The translations under genes and the position numbers were made by a program. The notes below the pieces were generated by a model. The model saw only the letters and a program-made list of their open reading frames with translations. It ran no database searches and was not told the origin of the DNA. A DNA stretch of 64,000 nucleotides from NCBI RefSeq assembly GCF_006345805.1, contig NC_042998.1, positions 199,888,001 to 199,952,000 of the forward strand. The letters run 5' to 3'. Source of the stretch: Octopus sinensis. Lineage: Eukaryota. Of the stretch, positions 36,701 to 49,482 are shown piece after piece (the first letter of the stretch is position 1; the number at the start of each line of letters is the position of its first letter).

Positions 36701-37446
36701 AACCGATACATGAAATACTATACTGAAGGCGGAAATAAGTGAGTAAAAATGATATTTTACATCTCTTTAATCCAGAGACGCGTATATAGTTGATCAAAGC
36801 CGTGTGGATTCGTTATTTTCTCATTTGCCAGCGTGAGTTGGGAGTATTGCTGTCTAGGAGATATATTATGGTAGTGGAATAGTATTTAACTGCTATTTCG
36901 AAATGTCGGTATGCGGTGAAGCAATTTTGCTGAACACTAATTATATAATTATGCTTATAATTTGGAAATCAGTCTTGAAATAGTAACCTCACATTTATCA
37001 ATAGTGGCAGCGTCATAAACTGCAAAATAGTTTATAGTGGAGTGCGGGAATAATTTTATGTCTTTATATTTCCATATCTGCACCGCCCTTTCAGTAAGTA
37101 CAAACTCAATATTAACTGCTATGATATTACAACTGAAGCCGCTCAGTAAATGCCCTGAATATTGTTCTTCGCTAAACAATAAATAATAACCCAAAATATG
37201 TCGAAAATATAAAGTGCCAACAGAAATATACAGAAATAGAACAATATACATGTATGTGTGTAGCGTTTATTTATTGTTTTGCTTTATATTAAGTGACGTA
37301 ACAGTCAATGGGATCATTACTGAACCGCTTTGCAGGGAAGTATAACCCAAATCCAAGAGAATTTTATTTCATTTCTCTTATTTCTGAGAAGTGTGGCAAG
37401 CAAGAATCATATTTTGGTAAGTGTTGCATATATGTATACGTATATG

Positions 37447-37484
<38 letters not shown>

Positions 37485-37620
37485 TATAAATATATATATA
37501 TGCATATATATATATATATACATACATATGTATATATACATATTTATATACATACATATATATGTATACATATACATACATATATATATATACATATATA
37601 TACATATATATATACATGCG

Positions 37621-37661
<41 letters not shown>

Positions 37662-37752
37662 AAATATGCGTGCACATATATGTGTGTGCGTATATATTTA
37701 TATGTCTGTGTATGTATATGTATGTGTGTGTTTTATGAGTGTCTTTATGCGT

Positions 37753-37786
<34 letters not shown>

Positions 37787-38035
37787 TTGTATTGAGCGAA
37801 AAGGAACGATATTAATATAATTCCAGAAAAGAAATGTCATTGAGACCCAAAGCTCTCTTGGAGTCACCTGCGCTCACTCTTCACCCTCCAACGCTCAATT
37901 TTGTTCGCTGTATTTCTTCATTCATGTTAAACTTGTGTTGTGCTAATACTTTGGAGATTAGATTACATATGCTTTTAAGCAGCTCAATTCTGAGACGCAC
38001 ACTATGTGAGCTTGCTAGATTAGAAACGACGTCGT

Positions 38036-38099
<64 letters not shown>

Positions 38100-38234
38100 A
38101 TAAAGAGAGAGAGAGAGAGAGGCTGTGGGAGTGAGAGTAAAAGATAGGGAGAGATGCTGAAAGACGGTTGAGAAAGAATGAAATTGAACGGAACAGGAAA
38201 GCAGAATATAAGAAAGAGACTACAGAGAATGAGT

Positions 38235-38265
<31 letters not shown>

Positions 38266-38270
38266 AAGAG

Positions 38271-38308
<38 letters not shown>

Positions 38309-40045
38309 GGAGGGAGAGAGAGAGATACAAACAGATGGATAGTGAAATAAAGGAGATCACTAATGCCGAAGTAATCAAATACCTGGTCTATGATTTGTTA
38401 CGAAACACAGCAGAGTTTTCCCCATTTCGTTATAATGCGTTGAAAGAATATTAGGAAGCGATTTTTCGCCAGAAATATATGATGAAATTCAAAAGATATC
38501 AAACGATATTCTGGTGGGAGAGGAAATGTTATGGTTATATTCCTGATTGTAATTTCAGACAAAATAACATGAAATTCTGCCTTGATTAGTTGTCAAAGAC
38601 ATTACTAAAATAGTCCAGTGAAAGTTGATATACATCAAGCCATGCTAATTCAATCGGAATTAAGCAAAAATACAATACTGGCTAAAAATAACAAACACGT
38701 AGCTAGTCTAATTTGCTACTCTGTTTCGATTCGTGTTTCCATTCAATTCTTGTAGAATAGTTAATATTTGTACTTTTACTATTTCATCCCAGGTTAGATT
38801 TGATCAAAGAGCTTCATATTATTTATATAGACATAATGCAGTATCAAGAAATAAATTTTTAATTGAATGATGAAATGCTTGAATTGGTGGATATTTTTAC
38901 TTCTAATTCTGGTATTCGATGCAACAACATAGGTACTCCGAAATTGGCTCTTTTCTTCTGGAATATGTATACATGTCATAACGCATCGTAATCTAAAACG
39001 TTGACCATTGGATCCGTAGTAGCATGCTCGTGGTGAAAGTTCCATGTTAAGGCTGATGTTAAAACGCTTGAGAAATTTCTGAAGATTAGAGGCAGAGTTT
39101 GTTGGTGTTTGCAATTGTTTATAACTCATCCGACGTTTATCCAAATATCAAATTACAAAAGAAATAGGCAAACAGATACCTTCGAATTTAAAAATAAATA
39201 TAGGAAGAACAGTAAATATTGTGTTCGGTGAAGAAGTATCATAGTATCTAGTCAATATGTAGGGGTCCCTGAAACACGTTTTGTTGTATCTGTCATCGAT
39301 AGCATTATAATTTACCGCCATGTTTCACTTTCAGTATGTATATGTGAGTCTATGAGAGTTTCAAAATGGCTTCTCGATACACTAGAAATGGTAGCCAAAT
39401 TTTGCTCAAATCCCGCTCTAATAACTTTAAAAGCAACGAAATAGCACATTAGTTATAGCAACAGCAATAGAAACACCATCTGAATAAGATACAGGATGGA
39501 TTTGCAATTTGTTTATAAATCGACTCGAACAGGTCAGGCAACTAGAGAAAGGACAACAACGTGGACTCTAACAACAAAACAAAAAAGAAATCTACAAACA
39601 ACACCACTCGAAATGAAAAAAAATGCTACTGTTATTTATCTTCAATTCAGCGCTCATGTGGAAGCCATATGATCAAAAAATTCCTGCCGTGGCTATCTCG
39701 TAGTTTAAGAGTATCTAAGTTCACATGTTTGATGTCTGCTTCTAGTTATTCATAACGACGGGATGTAATTCGAGTCATCCCTCAATTAAAAATCTACTTC
39801 TTTACATTGCATTATGTCTGAATAAATGATATGAAGTGCTTTGAATCAGTGGTAACCTGAGGCGAAACAAGTGTACAAACAACCTTTTAAAAATGGACAT
39901 TTCTTCGTTGCTAGCAGCAGGAATTACTATAAATATAGACGCGTTCCCTTTATGGTGATACTGAAAGCGGAAATGTGTATTCCAATTAATTTTACACTTC
40001 ATGTATAGTTTTATACTTCATATTTGCACTTTATATAAAGGGATC

Positions 40046-40432
40046 GGAGGCGCAATGGCCCAATGGTTAGGGCAGCGGACTCGCGGTCATAGGATCGCGG
40101 TTTCGATTGCCAGACCGGGCGTTGTGAGTGTTTATTGAGCCAAAACACCTAAAAGCTCCACGAGGCTCCGGCAGAGGATGGTGGTGATCCTTGCTGTACT
40201 CTTTCACCAGAACTTTCTCTCACTCTTACTTCCTGTTTCTGTTGTACCTGTATTTCAAAGGGCCGGCCTTGGCACTCTCTGTGTCACGCTGAATATCCTC
40301 GAGAACTACGTTAAGGATGCACGTGCCTGTGGAGTGATCAGCCACTTGCACGTTAATTTCACGAGCAGGCTGTTCCGTTGATTCGGATCAACCGGAACCC
40401 TCGTCGTCGTAACCGACGGAGTGCTTCCACAC
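40046..40432 (+). mobile_element. Full-length tRNA-derived SINE with 52-bp TSD
   Basis: A box TGGCCCAATGG and B-box-like GGTTTCGATTGCC. Direct repeats at 39994-40045 and 40433-40484 differ at 2 positions. Same family as 61551-61866. Confidence 0.92.
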
Positions 40433-43400
40433 ACACTTCATGTATAGTTTTATACTTCGTATTTTCACTTTATATAAAGGGATCAGTTAAATGAGTATTG
40501 TATATATTCTGTCATTTATTATGAGAATATTGTTCATGGTCGTCGTCCTTCAGGTTAAGTATTGTGAACGTATTTCAGCTGGGTACTGAAACTGCGTAAC
40601 CATGCTAACAGATTTAGAGTGTACTTGTTCATTTGCAGCGGTGTTATGTAACTTAATATTTAATTGCAAAACATATTTATTAAAATTCGTATCATATTTT
40701 ATATTATTTTTAATGAGCTTTTTGAATGAGAATTCCGCAAAAATCTATGGAATATTCCCATAACATTGCTTTTATTGATTAGAAAACCAAATTTGGAGTT
40801 TCACCTTTGCGGTTAATCTAATGATATACATAACTATTATTTATGGGCAGAAAACACATGAAACTTGCACTGAAATGTTTTTCCTTTCTGGTATGAAATT
40901 TCAGTTTCTCAAGAGAGAGCATTTGAATTTTACGATTGTAATCATTGCATTTATATAGGAAATCGAATTGCCAAACATTTAATTAAAACACACTTCTTTT
41001 TGTATTTCTCTTTCAATTTCGTACTGCAGATACGACGGAATAAAAATATGTAACAAGACTGTGAAGCATCAGTAGCCCTTTTCATTGAATTCAATTACTC
41101 AAATGAAGGATAATAATATCAACCGGGAATCGAAATCAGATGTATGTGGCTCGTCTGCAGATTGTGAATTTTTACTTTACCTACAAATCACTTTTCTTTT
41201 TACTTTCATTCAATCACCTACGGCGATTCTGGAGCACAATCTTCAAGAGGTTTCCCTTCATGATAACGATCACATTACGTAATATAGTCTAGTGTTTATT
41301 TTATCGAATACAACCTATCGAATCGCTACATGACATATTGGTTTACACCGGCAATTGTAAACACCGAATAAGAAAAAGACACATGCATAACATCTGACAT
41401 ATACTATAATTATATAACTATGCAACCAGTGGTTTAATTTTTCTACACCAAAGTCCACTCCTATGTAATCCAAAACAACAGTAGATGAATCTTGCCCAAA
41501 ATGCCGTAAGGTGTGGTAAAACACAAAACCTTGTAGTGCAGAAATGAATTTCTGAAGCATACAAGCCTTCTCAGAATCTATAACATGTAAAAGACATATT
41601 TTCTAGGTTTCATATTTTGACTGTCGTTGAAACACATCCTACCCATATTTATGTTTACCGTCACTCACAAGTGAGTACCATCTGGTAGCTTGTACCACGC
41701 TTATATTAACGGTTTTAGGTGGGTATGTTATCATGTGCAGATATATATATGCCTCTTATCTCGTTGCCCATGACTGGAACAAACGAAGATGCGCGAGTGG
41801 TAATGACAACATTATGCACGAGGACTAGGGTGGTACACATTTCTAGCCAGGTAGACGGGAAAAACAGATAAGCATGACACATGGTTATGATAACAACATG
41901 CTATCTAGTAAAAGAATTGCAGAACGACCATATACTTGTCCTCATGTATATATACATCTCCTCCATATATACATCGATCAGACAAGACCGGCCGGTGTAA
42001 TTCTTGTCTGATCGATTTTTTTTTTTTTTTTTCCGCGTTAAGTTCTCTTTGGATTTTTGTCTGCTTATATGTACATTTTTACTTTAATATTGTAACTTTT
42101 TTCAAACATAGTCTTGCCTATCACTATTTAGCCTCGTGTAAAATATATATACATATATTTTTTCATTTTTCAATATTAATATATATATATGTATAACTCT
42201 CTATGTTTTTTTCTACTAGTCCACCTGTTACGTTATATTCTACAATGCACAAGTGGCCTTGATAATTATACTTTGTCCCGACATGTTACCATTTTTTAAA
42301 CATACCTGTTAGCTTTTCATTCTTATTTTTATGTTATAGTTTACCGCACATAACGGCGTACATACACATTGACATGTCTGTCTTTTTTTCTCTTTCGTCT
42401 CTGTTACTATTATTATTACTGCTATTTTTCCCCTTTTACAACTTGCTTGTAAATATCCGATTTTTTCCCTATTACTCCATTCGTATTCTCCCGTATTGTA
42501 TCATATTTTACTTTACTTTATTTTATTAAACCTTACAAAAATTCCTCACACTGAGGAAAATGACAATGCATACATTTAATTATTATTACTATAGTTATAA
42601 TTCTTTTGTTACATGTCTGTATTGTCTTTTGTAACGCGCGCATGTATTGAATCCTATTTTGTATTAAATCTAATTTTGGTTCAACATCTTTTTCTCTTCC
42701 ATTTTTCTATAACTGTTTATGGACATTTTATACATTTAACGATATTTTTCAACAAAAGATGTGTGTATATATAACATAACTAGAACTACATACATAGATA
42801 GACACAAGTCCGCACACACATGCACCCCCCACACATATATACAGCGTAAAGCTGTTTTCCCCAAGTCAGAATAGAAAAGTCACTTTTTTAACATATAAAC
42901 GTGAGAAATGAATTCTTTCAATGAAAATGATATCGTTTCGTTTGCTATTACTATACACATGTTATACCAATACAGGTAACGTATTCATCATCGTACTCAA
43001 TACGGAGGGTTCAGTATATTGTTTTGGGTGGAGATGTGAGAACGTATGATATTTACTCGTATTACTTCGTCAGAAAATGAAGTGTGGTGACAGTCACATA
43101 ACGTAGGTTTTCCGAGCTTGATAGCGGAAGAAACAAAATGTGGAAGAAAGGGACTCTATGTGTAGGTGCTAGTATTGAACCATGCAACGGATTAAATCTA
43201 GTCCCAATAAGACCCATACATCTTTTAGTCTTGTGTACAATACAACTCTACTTAACTCACGAAGCCTGAGCCAAGACACATTTATATGAAAGCAGAAAAA
43301 ATATATTGAGGCGTTGCCTGGATTCCGTGGTGCATATATCCCCACACCAGAATGGGACGTCAGTCCGTCAGAGATTTACTCATTGTTGCCCGCTGACTGG

Positions 43401-44097
43401 ACTTGAGAAACGTGAAGTGATAGCTCAAGAAATCAACGCATTACCTAGGTCAGGAATAGAAACTACAATCTTACGGTGCAACACTCGAACCACTGACTCC
43501 ATATCCACACTATTACTTGATTAGTAATCCACAACGATTGCGGAACAAACTTCTGAACTATTCGGCTACGCATATGATGAAGAGGGAAACACTCTCTGAA
43601 TCATTAAGATATGGAGATACACATTTCTTTTGTAAATAAAGTTAAGAATAGAGATAGATTACTATAGCACACAACGCTCAGGAAGAGATATTAGCTGCAG
43701 AAACATCTTAGCCGTATGAGAGATTGGTTGAAATTTCAGAACCTAGAGGACATATAGAAATAGTATTGGCAATCAAATATAAAGGAAAAAAAACTGGTGA
43801 CTCATACATCTTGCGGTCTATCAAACAGCTGCTTGAGCATTGATTGTAATATGTCACAACTTCTATTCATATACTGCATATATAAAACAAAAAACTCTAT
43901 GCTTATCTTGTTTACAGAAAATAACCAAGAAAAACATCAAAACACAGACATTACTAGACATGTGGTAATTGGTAAACAATGATAAAAATTGAAACCTAGG
44001 CATTACAGATAAACAAAATGTTGTTTCCACTTAACTGCAGACAAAATATATGTACTTTCACTTTTCTTTTTACTATAACAGTTTATACCTCTTAAAC

Positions 44098-44149
<52 letters not shown>

Positions 44150-44184
44150 AGCTACTACCACCACCACCACCACCACTACTACTA

Positions 44185-44220
<36 letters not shown>
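44098..44220. repeat. (CTA)n/(CCA)n microsatellite
   Basis: Direct reading. Confidence 0.96.
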
Positions 44221-44571
44221 CACGAGCAGAAGTAATGGGGGAGCATCATAAACATGTGTCGAGAGGGATTCTTTGGGGTTTGAATAATGCACCTCTGGAA
44301 ACATGGGTTTTTCGTTCAACATCCTTTGACAACCCTTATTCAAGGACCTTTTAAGTGGAATGGGTTACTTGACCAGAAGAAAATTCTAACTGGGCCCCAC
44401 CTGCAAGGTCATGTGCTGTTTATCTTGATATGAGATCACCATGTCGCGCACATATGGTTGTGATGCATGTGCCTGGTGTACCTTTATCAGACAGGTAGTC
44501 ATGATGGGTATATTGGGCTTCGTATATTTTATCCGAGTGTCACTTCGATGTCATGCACTGCTCTCTCACTC
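44221..44571 (+). mobile_element. AAT-associated repeat, 5'-truncated copy 5
   Basis: Begins about 205 nt into the unit (CACGAGCAGAAG) and ends CTCTCTCACTC followed by (AAT)n then (GAT)n. Confidence 0.88.
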
Positions 44572-44575
44572 AATG

Positions 44576-44624
<49 letters not shown>

Positions 44625-44632
44625 TGATGATA

Positions 44633-44683
<51 letters not shown>

Positions 44684-46455
44684 CTCATGAACTTGATTTC
44701 ATTTTGGAATTGACTGATGGCTTTCTAAAATATAAAGAATATATAGTGTATGCTGAAGATGATAGGAGAAACAAATCTGTTCTCTGGGTATTTCTGTGCT
44801 TCCACTTAGTTTACAAATATTATTGAAACGCTCTATGTTATTATATGAGAGAACTAGGACTATGGGAATGTGATTGGACAGAGACGCTGTCCTAATTGAA
44901 GATTTATAAACATACATACATATATTCATAAGCGCACACGCACACACACTCACAAAAACACACACGCATACACATAGTTACTTTATATATGTATATACAT
45001 GTATATATATAACTTACAACGCTAAACATGACACTTGATATTAACACACGGACGCAGCGGGGAACCAACACAAATTTCTACGACCAGTCATGTGACAATC
45101 CTCTACCAATCGAACCCTATTCAAAACATATGCTAATTTTGAATCATGACCTTCCTATAAAAATAGGGCAAGCTTCAAACAATAGTCAGAAACAAAACCA
45201 TGTGACATAAGCCAAGTCTTTCTATTTCAACATTTTGAAAATCAGTATAAACTGTGAAACCAGTTAAATCTTTCAATATAATAATGAAATAATATTTTAA
45301 CTATTCTCAGTGTATATTCAACTCTATTTTCCCTATATTTCCACCCGTGTGGCATATTACGTGGTGAATGAAAATGAGTGAACTAAAAAGTATTTTTCAA
45401 GCATAAATGTTTGCCATTTTAAAATAAAATGCAAATGCATCGCTCTAATATGTATTTATAATAAATATTTTTCGTTTTAAAATAAAATCCAAACGTATCT
45501 CACTAATATGTATTTATAATAAATATGTTATTAATGAGAACAATACTGTTTAACTCAATTAATTACAGGAGCAACTTTGCTATATTCTCTCAGCTGTGAC
45601 AACGATAGGTAAAAAAATCTAATTAGTATATAGTAAACAAGGTAGATAATATCAAACATTCTCCCTTTGGAGATGGGCAAACAGAATGGCTGAGGCAATT
45701 ATGCTTAAATGATTTAAATGACAGACATTTCATGACATGATAATTGATCCTGGTGCAGACTCTGTTGTTACTTCGCTCTACTCTGCTAAAATAAGCCAAA
45801 AATCAAATGTCTATCAGCTGTGTTTATTTGCATTTATTTGCATATCAGTATAATTTATTGCCTTTTTTCTCTTCATTTTAAAGAGAGTAGTTTGTAATTT
45901 TGAGGGGTTCGGCTGCTCTTCTTCCCTGTTTGGGCAAACACAAAGCAACAATTTTATTGAATGAAATACATTCACAACGACTAGTATTGTTCTACACTGC
46001 TGAGAAATATAGTTTATTTTTTTTACGTGTGGAGTTTATTTCGACGTTTATACTTTTGTGCAGCTTCTCAATACATTCCATGAGATTATTCTAATTTTCT
46101 ATGAGGCAAGAAAACAATCTTTCATCGAAATGATAATGGGGGAAGCGGCTTTAATTATTGATTGACTTATTGACATTGTATAAGAGATGCTCACGTTCAG
46201 TGCCCAAAGGTATCTGGAAATGAGATGAAGTGAGCTTTTATATTAAATTAATAATGAACATCTACTTCATATAAATTAAGTACTTTCGCGCGGATAGACA
46301 CACTAACACGGGCGTGTGTCCTACAATACATATACGAACAAAAACACTCATAATTAATGACATATGTCCCTGAGTCTGTGTGTATGTCTGTGTGTCTTTG
46401 TGACTGTCAGTTTACCTACCTACCTACCTACCTACTTACCTCCCTACCTCCCTCC

Positions 46456-46506
<51 letters not shown>

Positions 46507-46678
46507 CCTAAATAAATAAATATATTGTAAATATATACTTATAATGTAAATACATGTATGTATTTATATATACGTATATGTAATATATACATATTTGAAT
46601 ATGTATGTATATATATATATATATATATATATACTTTATTTAAAGCAGCAGAAAATTCAACAAAACCTGTTACTCCGG

Positions 46679-46739
<61 letters not shown>

Positions 46740-47187
46740 ATGTATGTATGTACATATATACATCACACATCACACGTGTGCACTCTCACGTGTCTGTATT
46801 CAGGCACACACACACATGTGTACAAATAGAGAAGTATTAATATATTTTTATGCTCATATTGATATTATACACAATCCCATATGTCATGGTTGCTAGCTAG
46901 GATACTGAATTTATTTCTTTGGAATATTGTGTGCTGTGGCAACCATAAACGTGACATTTCAGATGTCAGACAGCAGTCATTAAGCTAAAGTTTGTTTCGT
47001 TTATGGGAGCTTTCAAATTTTACCGGCAACTTAAGTTGAAAATTAGATCATCAGCAGAAAGGTATACTTAAACATAGGGAGTTTTATATTATTTAATAGA
47101 ATATCCCCCCCCCCGAACATATGGTATTTTAAGAACTGTGATTATTTAGAAATAATATTTTCTTAAATCTCAGAAAATCGTTTAATA

Positions 47188-47222
<35 letters not shown>

Positions 47223-47254
47223 TATATATATATATATATTATATATATATATAT

Positions 47255-47330
<76 letters not shown>

Positions 47331-47426
47331 ATATATATATATATATAATATATATATATATGTTATATATATATGTATATATATATATGTATATATATAT
47401 GTATATATATATGTATATATATATGC

Positions 47427-47457
<31 letters not shown>

Positions 47458-48333
47458 TACATATGTATATTGGCTCTCAAAATTGGAGGTGTTTCGAAAA
47501 GTATCTTTCTTCAATAGACAGTGGAAGCAACCGAAATTGTATTAAAGAGAGAGAAAACAGTATTTATAAAGGAATAACCTGTTTAAATATTCAAAGGGAA
47601 ATACATATTATCATATGATCCTTCTACGTAAAATGAATGCTGATGTTTTTGTGCTACTCTGCAGAAGATATTAATCACTTAAACATATTATTGAGAAACA
47701 TACAGACTGTAGGCTATTTCTGTTGATATTACGATTGCAAAGTTGCCTTAAAATTCGATTGTGCGTCTGTATTATTTATTTGATTGGTAGATAAATTACG
47801 ACGAAATATAAAATTATAAAATTATTATAATCTTTGGTGAATGTGCACTGTCCATTTGGTTCTAGAATATGTACTCGGAAGTGGTCCGATTTGAAATGAA
47901 AGGAAAAAAAATGAAAATATCAACGAAATGTAAACCACGTATCGACACATAATTTTGTTAATGTGTGTGTATAAAATTTTGTGTCTATGTATAACGTAAA
48001 CAGCAGAACGAGAGTATGACCAAGTCACCATGCGGCTCATTTAATTTATAATGAGATACTAAATTTGATACCACTAAACGTCTAGAATAGATGCTGTCAT
48101 CACCTTTAAATTTTACTGTAATCTTGGTTTCAATTAGCTCCGTAAGTGACAGAAGTTGTGTATAGATTGGCGGACGCATTCTATCTTTAAGTAAAAGGGT
48201 TACCCTTCTCATATATTACGTCACGTTCGTTTGGCCCAATGCTCATTAATTAGTAAGTTGATCGAACTATTAAATAATCACCATGGATGTTTACGAAGAT
48301 ACTCATCATCATCATCAATATATGCATAATATC

Positions 48334-48487
48334 TATTTTTTTACTACCTACAAGGGGCTAAACACAGGGTGGACAAACATGGACAGACAAACGGATTGAG
48401 TCGATTATATCGACCCCAGTGCGTAACTGGTACTGAATTTATCGACCCCGAAAGGATGAAAGGCAAAGTCGACCTCGGCGGAATTTG
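48334..48487 (-). mobile_element. 5'-truncated SINE with perfect 23-bp TSD
   Basis: ATCATCAATATATGCATAATATC at 48311-48333 and 48488-48510 flanks the 3' part of the 5748/21649 SINE family. Confidence 0.92.
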
Positions 48488-49384
48488 ATCATCAATATAT
48501 GCATAATATCATATAATTCAATACGTGCGCGCACATAGACACACACACGCAAGTACGCACACACACTCGCACACACACATACACACACAAAGGCAGAGTA
48601 CACATATACATGCATGCATACATACAGATATACATATATACGCGAGTGTACTGAAGACCTCCTGTTGTGAAAGGCCTGGTTTGTGCCCCAACCTTCGTAG
48701 TTCTTTTAAAGAACTTAGGAATATTAAAGGACCGCTGCAATAAGTGTGAATCTGAGCGGGCAATATGTTGAATAAAATCATGATTGACTAATCCCTCCCG
48801 TATTTTCTTTTACTCAAAACGAGAAACTTTTCAGCACCCCCTCCTATGTCTGTGTGTGTGTGTGTGCCAAAATAATAGAGGAAAATTCGCAAATGAATAT
48901 GTGTACTCATGTGCAGTAGAATAGACGGACAGTGACGTATAATATAATGAAAATTTGGTATTTTCTCATAGAAATCAGGATGAACTTAGTCAATAAGGAA
49001 GAAGTAATAGAGTTACAGAGATTTTGAAGGAGTGGCTGAGAGAGAAAGGAATGGAGAGATCTAGAACGAAACAGGAAGAGAGAAAGAGAAACAAAGAGAG
49101 TGACAATTAGGCAAATGGCAAGTTGAAAGAATTTTACAGTAATATAAGGATTTTAATTAGAGAGAACTAAAAAAATAGTGAACTAAAGAAAGACTGAGGC
49201 TGGAGCAAGGGGATTTGAGGAAGAGAAACAGAGAGGGGAAAGTGAAAGCGAAAGGGAGAAAGAGAGAGAGAAAGAGAGAGGGAAAGAGAGAAAGAGTAAG
49301 AGAGTGACATGCTCATAAAATATTGAGATACTAATGAACATAAATAGATCGAATGGGAAAGAGGTGGATGCATTAAGAAGTGGG

Positions 49385-49482
<98 letters not shown>

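Noticed and set aside
40046-40120. tRNA-like sequences at SINE heads (also 22770-22843, 54830-54907, 59255-59310)
   Set aside because: A/B boxes are present but the cloverleaf is degenerate and continues into SINE bodies with tails or TSDs, so they are not tRNA genes.
45417-45525. Two-copy ~57-bp AT-rich tandem repeat; considered as CRISPR-like or satellite
   Set aside because: Only two adjacent units with no unique spacers, in a eukaryotic context; an ordinary local duplication.
48640-48735. Possible short minus-strand exon (GPLIFLSSLKELRRLGHKPGLSQQE)
   Set aside because: The acceptor is plausible but the donor is weak and two frames are open, so the evidence is insufficient.
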